The translations under genes and the position numbers were made by a program. A model generated the notes under the pieces. It saw only the letters and a program-made list of their open reading frames with translations, did no database searches and had not been told where the DNA came from. Below, piece by piece: positions 1-9,865 of a stretch of 64,000 nt of DNA; positions within the stretch are counted from its first letter, which is position 1, and each line of letters starts with the position of its first letter. This stretch comes from Acidimicrobiales bacterium (lineage in GTDB: Bacteria; Actinomycetota; Acidimicrobiia; Acidimicrobiales; VFJN01), in the NCBI GenBank assembly GCA_035697515.1, contig DASSCS010000111.1, positions 4,557 through 68,556 of the forward strand. The letters are read 5' to 3'.

Positions 1-789
1 CAGCTCATCAAGAAGAAGATGAAGTCCGACCGCATGTTCGAGAGCATGAAGGCCGCGGTCGACGCCGAGCTGAACGTGATGGTGTTCATGGTGATCGGCT
101 TCCCGCACGACACCGACGAGCACATCGCCGAGAACCTCGGGTTCTTCGAGAAGATCGCCGAGATCGGCATCAACGACGCGGCGGTCGGGTTCTACATGGC
201 GCTGCCCGGCACCCAGATCTTCGACAGCCTGTACGACTCGGGGAAGATCACCCTCGACCGCGAGTACTTCCGCCACATCCTGTCGTCGACGTCGCTGTGG
301 GCGACCTCGACCTACTCGGGGCTCAGCAGGCCCAAGCTCACGTACTGGAAGTTCAGACTGATGCGGCACTTCTACCGCCAGCCGCGCCAGCTCGTGCACT
401 CGACCAGCCTGTTCACCACCGTGGTCCAGGCCCTGCGCGGCCTGCGGGGCGACCACCAGGACGAGACGAAGATGCAGAGCGCCGTGCGGAACGGCTTCAT
501 CAGCTTCGTCGACACGGTGAAGGTCAAGCCCACCCGGGGGTGGATGTCGCGCCGCCGCGAGCGCCACTTCTTCGACGAGTGGGACGCGATCTACCGCACG
601 ATCCGCGCCAGCAACCTGGCCTGCGGCGCCGCCCTGCCGGGCCCGGCCGACACCGCCGAGCTGCACGAGCGCAACGTCACCAAGCTGATCAAGGGCGCGC
701 ACGCCACCCGGCGCCGCATCCCGGTGGGGGTGGCCGTCAGCGCCGAGCCCGCGGGCACCGAGCCCGAACCCGAACCCCAGACCGTCTGA
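1..789 (+). CDS. B12-binding/radical-SAM family protein, C-terminal part (5' end lies outside the window)
   Basis: Frame 1 is open from nt 1 (QLIKKKMKSD...) to TGA 787-789. The C-terminal region (MVFMVIGFPHDTDEHI, ALPGTQIF) resembles B12-binding radical-SAM enzymes. The Cys motif would lie upstream of the window, so the family call is tentative. Confidence 0.55.
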   Translation, partial: QLIKKKMKSDRMFESMKAAVDAELNVMVFMVIGFPHDTDEHIAENLGFFEKIAEIGINDAAVGFYMALPGTQIFDSLYDSGKITLDREYFRHILSSTSLWATSTYSGLSRPKLTYWKFRLMRHFYRQPRQLVHSTSLFTTVVQALRGLRGDHQDETKMQSAVRNGFISFVDTVKVKPTRGWMSRRRERHFFDEWDAIYRTIRASNLACGAALPGPADTAELHERNVTKLIKGAHATRRRIPVGVAVSAEPAGTEPEPEPQTV

Positions 790-795
790 GCCGGT

Positions 796-2994
796 TCAGC
801 GCCGGGGCGACGCGCGCAGCACCAGCACCGCCATGTCGTCGGCCGGGGTGTCGTCGACGAACGCGACCGCCTCGGACTCGATCAGGTCGGCCAGGTCGGC
901 CGCGGACAGCCCCTTGCCCTGCAGCAGCGCCTTGACGATGCCCTCCTCGCCGAACGCCCGCCGCCCCGCGCGCCGCTCCATCAGGCCGTCGGTGTAGCAG
1001 ACCAGTGACTCACCCGGGTCGAGGTGCACCACGGTGTCGGTGAGCGACACGTCGTCGGTGACGCCCAGCAACGTGCCCGGCACGCCCACCGGGTCGGCCC
1101 GGCCGACCGACCGGCGCACCAGGGGCAGCGGGTGCCCGCCCGAGCACAGGATGATGTCGACGCCCCGGTCGGTGGGCTGGACCGCGCCGACCAGGACCGT
1201 GCAGAAGCGGGGGCTGAGCGGGAGGCGGTCGTCGTCGACCTCGTCGCGCTCGGCGGCGCTGCGCAGCAGCATCTCGTTCAGGCGGGTGAGCACCGTCGAG
1301 GGCATGACCCCGCCCATGGCCACCGAGCGGATCGTGTGCCGCACCAAGCCCGTGGTGGCGGCGGCCTCGACGCCGTGGCCGCACACGTCGCCCACCGCCA
1401 CGATCCACCAGTTGGCGTCGGCCTGGAAGGCGTCGTAGAAGTCGCCGCCCACGTCCAGTCCCTCGCCGGCCGCCCGGTAGCGGGCGCCCAGCTCGATGCC
1501 GGGGATGGTGGGCAGGCTGCCCGGCAGCAGGCTGTCCTGCAGCGCCCGGGCCACGACCGACTGCTCGTGGAACAGCCGGGCGTTGTCGACGATGACCCCC
1601 GCACGCGACGCCACGGCGGTGGCGAGGTCGATCTCGGCGGTGGTGAACGCCCGGCCCGGCCGGTTGCCGAACGCGATGGCGCCCAGCACCCGGCCCCGCG
1701 CCCGCAGCGGGAAGATGGCCACGGCGTCGACGCCCACCGCGTCGACGGCCGCCCGGTCGTCGGGGTCGTCGAACAGCGGCTTGAACGTCTCGCCCGCCCG
1801 CGACCCGCGGATGAGCGGCCGGCTGGCGGCCAGGGCGTCGCGCAGCTCGCTGACCGCGCTGACGTCGCGGGGGATGCGCTCGATCAGACGCCGCAGGTGG
1901 GCCTGCTGGTCGGGGTCGACGTGCGCGGCACCCACCATGGGCCGGGGGTTGGCGGGCGACACGTTGAGCCGGACCACCGACCAGTCGGCGATGCGGGGCA
2001 CCGACAGCCCGGTGAGCTGGTTGAGGGCCGTGTCGACCTGCAGGCTCGACGACAGGGTGGCGCTGAGGGCGTCGAGGAAGCCGAGGTGCTCCTGGGCGCG
2101 CTCGGCGGCGTCGGACAGGCGGGCCCGGTCGAGGGCCAGGGCGCACTGGGCGGCGACGTCGTGGAGGAAGTCGCGGTTGGCCTCGCCCAGCGCCAGCGCG
2201 TCGGGGAAGCCCACGCCCATGGCGCCGAACGGCCGGCCCTGGGCGTCCTTGAGCGGCACCACGACGAACGCCGGGGTGAACTCGATCTCCGGGGTGTCGA
2301 GGTCGGGGTAGCGGGCGCGGCGCTCGCCCTCGGACGACACCACCACCGTCTGGCCGGTGCGGATGACCTCCGAGGCCGGCAGCGGGGACGACAGGGGGAT
2401 GTGGCCGAACCGCTCGTCGACCGCCGGCTCCGGCAGCCCCGACGAGCCCGCCACGACGAGCTCATCGCCCGATTCGGACAGCACGTGCAGGGTGGCGCTG
2501 GTGCCCCCCAGCAACTCGACGCCCTCGTCGAGCATGGCCCGCACGATCTCGTTGGGCCGGCGCAGCCGGTTGAAGCCCTCGACCAGCCGGGCCATGCGGG
2601 CGGTGGCACCGAACGACCGGGTGGCGTCGATGAGCACGCCGGTCGCGCCGCTCCCCCGCGGCTCGTCCGGGATCATGCGGAGGATCGCCCAGCGGTCGCC
2701 GCGAGCCAGCCGCACCGGCTCCTCACGCTCCGGCCCCCCGCTCAGCACCGAGCGCAGCCGGTCGGTGACCCGCCGGCGATCGTCGGGGTGGAGCACGTCG
2801 AGCCACCCGTGATCGTGCATGGCCACGGGGCTGACCTGCAGCGCGCCGTCATCGACGCGGGCCGACACGCAGTGGCCCCGCTCGTCCCACGACAGCACCA
2901 ACGCCAGCACGCCGTCGGCCGACGCCCCGGCGCCGGGGTCGATGCCCACCGATGGCCGTGGCCCGGTGACCGCGAGTGGCGTTTCCGACGACAT
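796..2994 (-). CDS. Sensor PP2C (SpoIIE-type) serine phosphatase with PAS-like and GAF-like N-terminal domains
   Basis: 732-aa ORF. C-terminal PP2C/SpoIIE motifs are GGDFYDAF, GDVCGHGVEAA and VCYTDGL. Upstream are GAF-like segments and a PAS-like N-terminus. Composition is protein-like, unlike the overlapping ORFs. Confidence 0.8.
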   Translation of the reverse strand: MSSETPLAVTGPRPSVGIDPGAGASADGVLALVLSWDERGHCVSARVDDGALQVSPVAMHDHGWLDVLHPDDRRRVTDRLRSVLSGGPEREEPVRLARGDRWAILRMIPDEPRGSGATGVLIDATRSFGATARMARLVEGFNRLRRPNEIVRAMLDEGVELLGGTSATLHVLSESGDELVVAGSSGLPEPAVDERFGHIPLSSPLPASEVIRTGQTVVVSSEGERRARYPDLDTPEIEFTPAFVVVPLKDAQGRPFGAMGVGFPDALALGEANRDFLHDVAAQCALALDRARLSDAAERAQEHLGFLDALSATLSSSLQVDTALNQLTGLSVPRIADWSVVRLNVSPANPRPMVGAAHVDPDQQAHLRRLIERIPRDVSAVSELRDALAASRPLIRGSRAGETFKPLFDDPDDRAAVDAVGVDAVAIFPLRARGRVLGAIAFGNRPGRAFTTAEIDLATAVASRAGVIVDNARLFHEQSVVARALQDSLLPGSLPTIPGIELGARYRAAGEGLDVGGDFYDAFQADANWWIVAVGDVCGHGVEAAATTGLVRHTIRSVAMGGVMPSTVLTRLNEMLLRSAAERDEVDDDRLPLSPRFCTVLVGAVQPTDRGVDIILCSGGHPLPLVRRSVGRADPVGVPGTLLGVTDDVSLTDTVVHLDPGESLVCYTDGLMERRAGRRAFGEEGIVKALLQGKGLSAADLADLIESEAVAFVDDTPADDMAVLVLRASPRR

Positions 2995-3116
2995 GGCCGT
3001 GCAGAGTCTGACACCGATCCTGCCCGATCGCAGCAGCCGTCATGCACCGCGCGCACGATGGCGACGCCGTCACCGACCGGCGGGCGACGGGTGGGGGGAC
3101 GCGCCACACTGGCGGC

Positions 3117-3833
3117 ATGGCTTGGACCCGCTTCTCACTCGCCGGAACGGCAGGCGCCACGCTCGACGCCGACGCCGTGCGCTACGGCCCGGGACTCCCC
3201 ACCGAGAGCGAGCTCAAGCTCCTGGGCCACGTGGAGGGGCGCCGGGTGCTCGAGCTGGGGTGCGGCGCGGGGGCGGGCGCCGTGGCCCTCGCCCGGGCGG
3301 GGGCCCGGGTCGTCGCGGTCGACGACAGCGCGGCCAACCTGGGCGAGACCCGCGATCGCGCGGCGCGTGAGGGTGTGCGGGTGGAGACGCACCGCGGGCC
3401 CCTGGCCGAGCTGGCCTTCGTGCGGGCCGACACCATCGACGCCGCCGTGTCGACCTACGGCCTGGCCACCGTCGACGACCCCGACCGGGTCTTCCGCCAG
3501 GTGCACCGGGTGCTGCGCTCGGACCGGCCGTTCGTGTTCTCGCTGCCTCATCCGGCCTTCGTCATGCTCGACCCGGCCGGCGGCGAGCCCGTGCTGCGCC
3601 GCGCCTGGTGGGACACCAGCCCCGTCACGTGGTCGGTGGCCGAGGACCGCGGCGAGCCCGACCGGGTGCTCACGCTGACCGGCGTGTTCGCCAGCCTCAA
3701 CCGCGCCGGCTTCGCCGTCGACACGCTGCTCGAGCCCGCCGCCGACCGGGCCGAGGCCGGCGAGGCCTGGTCAGACGCCATGCGCTGGGTGCCGCCCACC
3801 CTCATCGTGCGGGCCCGCAAGCTGGGAGTCTGA
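3117..3833 (+). CDS. Class I SAM-dependent methyltransferase
   Basis: SAM-binding motif I is VLELGCGAGAGAVALA followed by VVAVDDS. ATG 3117 (MAWTRF) is preferred over ATG 3042, whose extra residues are R/G-rich. Start is uncertain. Confidence 0.75.
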   Translation: MAWTRFSLAGTAGATLDADAVRYGPGLPTESELKLLGHVEGRRVLELGCGAGAGAVALARAGARVVAVDDSAANLGETRDRAAREGVRVETHRGPLAELAFVRADTIDAAVSTYGLATVDDPDRVFRQVHRVLRSDRPFVFSLPHPAFVMLDPAGGEPVLRRAWWDTSPVTWSVAEDRGEPDRVLTLTGVFASLNRAGFAVDTLLEPAADRAEAGEAWSDAMRWVPPTLIVRARKLGV

Positions 3834-3859
3834 GCCCAGCCGGCTGGCGGGGGGCGGCG

Positions 3860-5245
3860 TCAGTCCGACGACCGGCGCTCCGCCCACCACGCGAGCACCC
3901 GGCGCTCGGCCTCCTCCTGGCCGAGCGGGCCCTCGTCGAGCCGGGCCTCGAGCAGCATCGACAGCGCCTCGCCCACGTGCGGGCCGGGGCGGACGCCCAA
4001 CAGCTCCATCACCCGGTTGCCGTCGATGTCGGGACGGATGGCGCTCAGCTCCTCGCGCTCGCGCAGCTCGGCGATGCGGGCCTCGAGCGCGTCCATGCGG
4101 GCCGCCAGGAGGCGGGCGCGGCGCTCGTTGCGGGTCGTGCAGTCGCACCGGGTCAGCTCGTTGAGGTCGTCGAGCAGCGGACCGGCGTCGCGGGCGTAGC
4201 GGCGCACGGCCGAGTCGCTCCACACCTCGTCGCGGTAGCCGTGGAAGCGCAGGTGCAGGAACACCAGCCGCTGCACGTCGTCGATCAGGTCGTTCGGGAA
4301 CCGCAGGGCCCGCATGCGGTCGCGGGCCATGCGGGCACCCACCACCTCGTGGTGGTGGAAGGTCACGCCCTTGGGGCCGATCGAGCGGGTCTTGGGCTTG
4401 CCCACGTCGTGCAGCAGCGCGGCGAGGCGCACCCGCAGGCGGGGCGACGTCTTGGCCACCACCGCGATGGTGTGGGCCAGCACGTCCTTGTGGCGGTGGA
4501 TCGGGTCCTGCTCGAGGCGCATGGCCAGCAGCTCGGGCAGGAACTCGTCGCACAGGCCCGTGTCGGCCAGGAACCACAGCCCCGTGCTGGGATCGTCGAC
4601 CACCAGCAGCTTGGACAGCTCGTCGCGCACCCGCTCGGCCGACACGATGTCGAGCCGTCCCCGCATGGCCGTGACCGCCTCCACGACCGCCGGGTCGGGC
4701 GCCAGGCCGTAGCCGGCGATGAACCGGGCCGCCCGCAGCATGCGCAGGGGGTCGTCGGAGAACGACACCTCGGGGGCGAGCGGCGTCCGCAGGACGCCCG
4801 CGGCCAGGTCCGCGACCCCGCCGTAGGGGTCGATCAGCTCGACGTCGGGCAGGCGCAGCGCCATGGCGTTGACGGTGAAGTCGCGGCGCGCCAGGTCCTC
4901 GGTCACGTCCTCGGCGTAGACGACGTGGGGTTTGCGGGAGTCCTCGCGGTAGGCCTCGGCCCGGTGGGTGGTGATCTCGAAGATCGTGTCGCCCTTGCGG
5001 GCCCCGATGGTGCCGAAGGCCTGGCCCTGCGACCACACCGAATCGGCCCAGCCGGCCAGCCGCGCCATGGACTCGTCCGGGCGGGCGTCGGTGGTGAGGT
5101 CGAGGTCGGAGCTGTCGTGCACGCGGTCGAGCACGAGGTCGCGCACGATGCCGCCCACGAGGTAGATCGCGTGGCCGGCCGCGGTGAACCGGTCGGCGAG
5201 CGGCCGGACGACGTCGAGGATGGGCTGCAGCCGCTCGGGGATCAC
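3860..5245 (-). CDS. cca: CCA tRNA nucleotidyltransferase / poly(A) polymerase family protein with HD domain
   Basis: Nucleotidyltransferase motif GGIVRDLVLD...DLDLTT and HD motif LLHDVGKP. It occupies the origin-proximal position held by mycobacterial pcnA/cca. Confidence 0.85.
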   Translation of the reverse strand: MIPERLQPILDVVRPLADRFTAAGHAIYLVGGIVRDLVLDRVHDSSDLDLTTDARPDESMARLAGWADSVWSQGQAFGTIGARKGDTIFEITTHRAEAYREDSRKPHVVYAEDVTEDLARRDFTVNAMALRLPDVELIDPYGGVADLAAGVLRTPLAPEVSFSDDPLRMLRAARFIAGYGLAPDPAVVEAVTAMRGRLDIVSAERVRDELSKLLVVDDPSTGLWFLADTGLCDEFLPELLAMRLEQDPIHRHKDVLAHTIAVVAKTSPRLRVRLAALLHDVGKPKTRSIGPKGVTFHHHEVVGARMARDRMRALRFPNDLIDDVQRLVFLHLRFHGYRDEVWSDSAVRRYARDAGPLLDDLNELTRCDCTTRNERRARLLAARMDALEARIAELREREELSAIRPDIDGNRVMELLGVRPGPHVGEALSMLLEARLDEGPLGQEEAERRVLAWWAERRSSD

Positions 5246-5372
5246 GGGCGCAGGCTACTGACGTCGTGCTCGGGGCCCGAAGCGGGATCGCCCGCCCGGC
5301 GGGACGGCGCAGGGGCCACGGGGCCCGGGCCCGCGCACGCGGCCAGGTCCGCCACGTCGCGCCGGACCGCGA

Positions 5373-6464
5373 TCAGTCGCCGTCGGCGGTGGCCACGCCG
5401 AAGCGGGGCGGGATGGTGGGCACGCCGCCCGGCCAGGCGTCCGCCTCGTCGGGCTCGGTCGCGGCCCGGCGGTGGGCCGTGCCCGCCGCCTCCACGACGT
5501 CGCGCCCGGGGCCGCCACCCGACGGGGGCTCGGCGTGGATGCGCTCGCCGGCCAGCGCCGCCAGCGCCGCCGCGGTCGAGTCGCGCAGGGCGTCGAGGTC
5601 GTAGCCGCCCTCGAGGAACACCAGCCGGCGCCCGGCGGGCACCAGCGCCACCAGGTCCGCCGTCAGGTCGGCGAAGTCGCCCGAGGTGAGCGCCAGGTCA
5701 GTCAGCGGGTCGGCCCGGTGGCCGTCGAAGCCGGCCGACACCAGCAGCCACGTGGCCCCCACCTCCTCCAGCAGGGGCGCCACCACCTGGTCGACGCCGG
5801 CCCGGTACAGGTCGCCCGTGGCCCCCGGCGGCAGCGGCACGTTCACGGTGCGTCCGCGGCCGTCGCCCCGGCCGGTCTCGAGCAGCGAGCCGGTGCCCGG
5901 GTACAGCGGGTGCTGGTGGAACGACACGTACGTGACCCGGGGATCGTCGTAGAACGCGTCCTGGGTGCCGTTGCCGTGGTGGGCGTCGTAGTCGACGATG
6001 ACCACCCGCTCGCCCCGGTCGGCCAGGCCCGCGGCGGCGACGGCCACGTTGTTGAACAGGCAGAACCCCATGGCCTGCGAGGGCAGGGCGTGATGCCCGG
6101 GCGGGCGCACCGCGCAGAACGCGGCGGGAGCCTCGCCCGCGTCGAGGTGGGCGACGGCGGTGAGCCCGGCGCCCGCCGCCAGCAGCGCCGCCTGCCACGA
6201 CGGGGGCGTCGCCACGGTGTCGGCATCGAGCCGGCCGCCGCCGGTGAGGCAGAAGCGCTCGAGCGCGGCCACGTAGGTACGGGTGTGCACCCGCTCGAGC
6301 TCGGTGACGGTGGCCTCGCGCGGCTCGACCCGCACCAGCTCGGTGTCGAGCCCCGACCTGTGCGCCCCCTCGTCGACCGCGACCAGCCGCTGCGGGCGCT
6401 CGGGATGCCCCAGGCCGGTGTCGTGGTCGAGGAGCTGGGGATGTGTGACGTAGAGCACGGACAT
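5373..6464 (-). CDS. Histone-deacetylase-family (AcuC/arginase-fold) Zn-dependent deacetylase
   Basis: Motifs RPPGHHA, DYDAHHGNGTQ and FLEGGYD. 363-aa ORF with an acidic, Pro-rich C-terminal tail. Confidence 0.85.
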   Translation of the reverse strand: MSVLYVTHPQLLDHDTGLGHPERPQRLVAVDEGAHRSGLDTELVRVEPREATVTELERVHTRTYVAALERFCLTGGGRLDADTVATPPSWQAALLAAGAGLTAVAHLDAGEAPAAFCAVRPPGHHALPSQAMGFCLFNNVAVAAAGLADRGERVVIVDYDAHHGNGTQDAFYDDPRVTYVSFHQHPLYPGTGSLLETGRGDGRGRTVNVPLPPGATGDLYRAGVDQVVAPLLEEVGATWLLVSAGFDGHRADPLTDLALTSGDFADLTADLVALVPAGRRLVFLEGGYDLDALRDSTAAALAALAGERIHAEPPSGGGPGRDVVEAAGTAHRRAATEPDEADAWPGGVPTIPPRFGVATADGD

Positions 6465-6699
6465 CTGCCCCCGAACGCTAACGGGGCCGGCGCTGGATGC
6501 GTAGCCCGGCTGACGCCCGGGTCGGCGAACAATCTGCGCCGGTGGCTCTGATCGCGCGGCGCAGGTTGCCTACTCTCGTAGCCATGACCCAGGCCGCCGC
6601 CGGCCGCGCCGGTGCCCCGCTCCCGGTGGCGCCTGCCTGCACGGCGACCGGCGGCGCGGGCCCGGTCCTCGTCGGCACGATGGCGACGGGGCGGCGACC

Positions 6700-7521
6700 G
6701 TGAGCCTCATGCGCAACGCCCCCGGCGGCGGCAGCCGGCTGCGGGTCCGCCCGTGGCAGGCCGACGCCCGCATCGCGCACGTCGCCCCCGCCGCCGACTA
6801 CCTGGGCCCACTCACGCCGGCCGACGTCGAGCGGGCGGTCGACCACCTGTGTCGCCAGGGGTACCGCTCGGTCATCACCTCCGCGCTGCACCGGGCCGAC
6901 CGGCGCCCCTTCCTCGACGTGGGCTTCTGCGAGACCGAACGGCTGCACCTGCTGCTCCACCCGTTCGACGACATCCCGCCGGTGTCGCCGGTCCCGGGTG
7001 TCGACCTGCGGCGAGGCCGGCGCCGCGACCACGACGAGGTCCTCGACGTCGACAGGGCCGCGTTCTCGCCCTTCTGGCGGCTCGACCGGGCCGGGCTGGA
7101 CGAGGCGCTGACCGCCACGTCGACCGTGCACTTCCAGGTCGCCCGCAGCCACGACCGGGTCGTCGGCTACTCGGTGTGCGGGCGGGCCGGCCACCGCGGC
7201 TACGTGCAGCGGCTCGCCGTCGACCCGTCGGCCCAGGGCCGCGGCGTCGGCGCGGGCCTGCTGATCGACGGCCTGCGCTGGTTGCGGCGGTGGGGCGCCC
7301 GCGACGCGCTGGTCAACACCCAGGAGGGCAACGCCCGGTCGCTGCGCCTGTACCAGCGGTCGGGCTTCGTGCTGCAGCCCGAGGGGCTGGCCGTCCTCCA
7401 CCTCGACCTGACCCCGCACGCACCGGGCCAGGCCCCGGCGCCGGCCGGCACGGTCGCCGCCGGCAGCGGCGCGGCCGGCGCCCACCCGTCCCGGACCGGC
7501 CGGACCGAGGGCCGACCGTGA
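6700..7521 (+). CDS. GNAT family N-acetyltransferase
   Basis: Acetyl-CoA-binding motif QRLAVDPSAQGRGVGAGLL and NARSLRLYQRSGF. GTG start at 6700. The stop overlaps the next gene's start (GTGA at 7518-7521). Confidence 0.8.
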   Translation: MSLMRNAPGGGSRLRVRPWQADARIAHVAPAADYLGPLTPADVERAVDHLCRQGYRSVITSALHRADRRPFLDVGFCETERLHLLLHPFDDIPPVSPVPGVDLRRGRRRDHDEVLDVDRAAFSPFWRLDRAGLDEALTATSTVHFQVARSHDRVVGYSVCGRAGHRGYVQRLAVDPSAQGRGVGAGLLIDGLRWLRRWGARDALVNTQEGNARSLRLYQRSGFVLQPEGLAVLHLDLTPHAPGQAPAPAGTVAAGSGAAGAHPSRTGRTEGRP

Positions 7522-9815
7522 CCGGCCGGGCCACCAGCCGGGCGGGCCGGCTGGTGGGCGGGCTGGTGAGCGCGCTGGCCGCGCTGGTCATGGCGTTGGT
7601 GGTCGCGGGCGTCGGCCAGGCGGCGGCCCTGCCCCGGCCCGGCTCGGCCGGCGCCGGCGTCGCCTCGGCCGCCGTGGCGCCCACCATCGAGCTCGTCCGC
7701 CAGCCCGCATACGTGCGGCCCGGCGAGCCATACGGCGTCGAGGTCCGGGTGACCGATCCGCCGGCCGGCGCCCAGGTCGCCATGGTCGTGCACGACCGGC
7801 TCCAGTCGCGCCAGCAGTTCCGCACGACCCTCACCGGTGAGCTGGGCGCGGTCGAGCAGGCGATCGACCCGCAGCCCCTGGATGCATTGCCGCGCGGGCC
7901 CGCCGGGTCGGTGACGGTGGGCTTCACGCCCGGTTCCGGCGGTCCGGGCGGATCGGGGCGCGGGGTCTACCCGGTCGAGGTGCAGGTCCGTTCCCCGAAC
8001 GGGGAGGCGGTCGCCGGCCTCGTCACCTACCTCACGTTCCTCACCGACCGGACTCCAGAGTTCCCGCCGCTGCAGGTGGGCGTGCTCGTCGACATCGGCG
8101 CGCCCCCCTCGCTGCAGCCGGACGGCTCGACCGACCTGCCGGACGGCGCGCTCGACCGTGCCCGCGCGCGCGCCCGGCTGCTGACGCAGACCCAGGCGGC
8201 CGGCGTCCGCGTCACCCTCGCGCCGCAGCCCGAGACGATCGAGGCCCTGGCCGCCTCCGGCGGGGTCGGCGCGGCGACGGTCGATGAGCTCCGCGCCGCC
8301 AGTGTCGGACGGCGGGTGATCGCCCGGCCCTTCGTCGACGTCGACCTGGCGGCGCTGCAGCGCGCCGGCTTGCTCGGCGAGGCCAACCACCAGGCCGAGG
8401 ACGGCGCCGACGTCGTGCGCGAGCGGTTCAACACCGAGCCGGTCGGCGGTATCTGGCTCTCGGGCCCCACCCTCGGCGCCCCCGCCGCCCGGCTGGCGGT
8501 CGACCTGGGGTTCGATCGCGCCGTCGTCCCCCCGTCGGCGACGGCCGACGGCGCCGGCACGACGGGTGCCGAGGCGGAAGCGGAGACCGGCGGCGACCGT
8601 CCCCCGGTGCCCCTCACCCCCGTGCGCCTCGGTGCCGACGGGCCCCAGGTCATGGTGAGCGACCCCACGCTGGCCGCCCACCTGACCGGCCAGGACGGCA
8701 TGGTGGCCGCCCACCGGTTCATCGCCGAGCTGGCGATCACGTGGCTGGAGCGGCCCGCGGACACGCGGGCGGTCCTCGTCCACCTGCCGCCAGACGCGCC
8801 GCTCGACACCGACGTCGCCGCCGCCGCCCTCGGGGCGCTCGCCGACGGGCAGGCCGCGGAGGTGGTGCCCGTCGAGCACATCTTCCGCGACGTGCCCCCA
8901 CTCGATGATGCGCCGACCTCGATCGAGCCGGCCTCCCACGACGTCGACGACCGGCTCGGCTCGATCGCCGCCTCGCTCGACACCGCCCGCGCCCGCGTCA
9001 CCGGGGTGGGCTCGGCGCTCGACGACGTCCAGGTGGGCGCGTCGCTCGACCACTCGCTGCTGCTGGCCACCGGCACCGAGACCCCCGACGACCAGCGCGC
9101 CGCCTACGTCGACCGGGTGCTCGGCGCGGCCGGCGAGCTGGCCCAGGTGGTGAGGCTGCCCGACGAGTTCCGGATCACCCTCACGACCCGCTCGAGCACC
9201 ATCCCCGTCACGCTCACGAACCTGTCCGACGACGACCTGAGCGTGCGGGTCCGGCTGGACGGCGACCAGCTCGAGTTCCCGGACGGCGACCGCTTCGACC
9301 AGGTGCTGGCGCCCGGCACCACCCGCATCGAGGTGCCGGTGCGGGTCCGCACCTCGGGCGCGTTCAGCCTCGACGTCACGGTCACCAGCCCCGACGGGAC
9401 CCTCGTCCTCGACTCGACCACGTTCGACGTGCGCTCGACCGCCATCTCGGGGGTGGGCCTGGTGCTGTCGGTGGGCGCCGGCCTGTTCCTCGCCATCTGG
9501 TGGGCCCGGCACTGGCGCCGGACCCGCCGGTCGCGCCACCTGATGCCGCCCGGGTCGGTCGGTCCCGGCGGTCCCTCCGGGGACGGGGGCGAGGGCGGGG
9601 GCGGCAGCCCCGGCGGGGACGGGGCCGCGGGCGCCGATGGCGCCGGCTGGCCTGGCGGGCGCGACCGCCCCGGCCAGGGTGTCCCATCCCACACATCGGG
9701 CACCGCGGTCGGGGCCACCACCCCGCCATCGCGGCCCTCCGCCGCCCGCCCCGGCGGGGACGACGCCTCGTACCGTCCGGCCCACATGGCCCGGCAGCGC
9801 ACCCGCAGCGGGTAG
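7518..9815 (+). CDS. Large exported, membrane-anchored conserved protein (Rv3909/DUF6049-like by size, architecture and position)
   Basis: GTG 7518 overlaps the GNAT stop. There is an N-terminal signal/TM (LVGGLVSALAALVMALVVAGVG) and a C-terminal TM (GVGLVLSVGAGLFLAIWWA) followed by a P/G-rich tail. The track ORF upstream of 7518 (from 6612) is an R/P-rich artefact. The family name is inferred, not verified. Confidence 0.7.
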   Translation: MTGRATSRAGRLVGGLVSALAALVMALVVAGVGQAAALPRPGSAGAGVASAAVAPTIELVRQPAYVRPGEPYGVEVRVTDPPAGAQVAMVVHDRLQSRQQFRTTLTGELGAVEQAIDPQPLDALPRGPAGSVTVGFTPGSGGPGGSGRGVYPVEVQVRSPNGEAVAGLVTYLTFLTDRTPEFPPLQVGVLVDIGAPPSLQPDGSTDLPDGALDRARARARLLTQTQAAGVRVTLAPQPETIEALAASGGVGAATVDELRAASVGRRVIARPFVDVDLAALQRAGLLGEANHQAEDGADVVRERFNTEPVGGIWLSGPTLGAPAARLAVDLGFDRAVVPPSATADGAGTTGAEAEAETGGDRPPVPLTPVRLGADGPQVMVSDPTLAAHLTGQDGMVAAHRFIAELAITWLERPADTRAVLVHLPPDAPLDTDVAAAALGALADGQAAEVVPVEHIFRDVPPLDDAPTSIEPASHDVDDRLGSIAASLDTARARVTGVGSALDDVQVGASLDHSLLLATGTETPDDQRAAYVDRVLGAAGELAQVVRLPDEFRITLTTRSSTIPVTLTNLSDDDLSVRVRLDGDQLEFPDGDRFDQVLAPGTTRIEVPVRVRTSGAFSLDVTVTSPDGTLVLDSTTFDVRSTAISGVGLVLSVGAGLFLAIWWARHWRRTRRSRHLMPPGSVGPGGPSGDGGEGGGGSPGGDGAAGADGAGWPGGRDRPGQGVPSHTSGTAVGATTPPSRPSAARPGGDDASYRPAHMARQRTRSG

Positions 9816-9865
9816 CACGGCGACGCGCAGGCCGGGGCGCGCGGACGCTAGTAGGGTCGCCGGCC

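Noticed and set aside
1024-3678. 884-aa plus-strand ORF spanning the PP2C phosphatase (antisense) and the methyltransferase region, together with many nested ORFs at 1010-3551.
   Set aside because: The translation is dominated by R/G/A/P/H runs with no recognisable motifs. It overlaps genes that have clear catalytic motifs. This is typical of stop-poor alternative frames in very GC-rich DNA.
6612-7517. Upstream 302 codons of the 1067-aa track ORF, overlapping the GNAT gene.
   Set aside because: This part is R/P-rich and overlaps a GNAT with clear motifs in another frame. The real gene starts at GTG 7518, which overlaps the GNAT stop and is immediately followed by a signal/TM segment.
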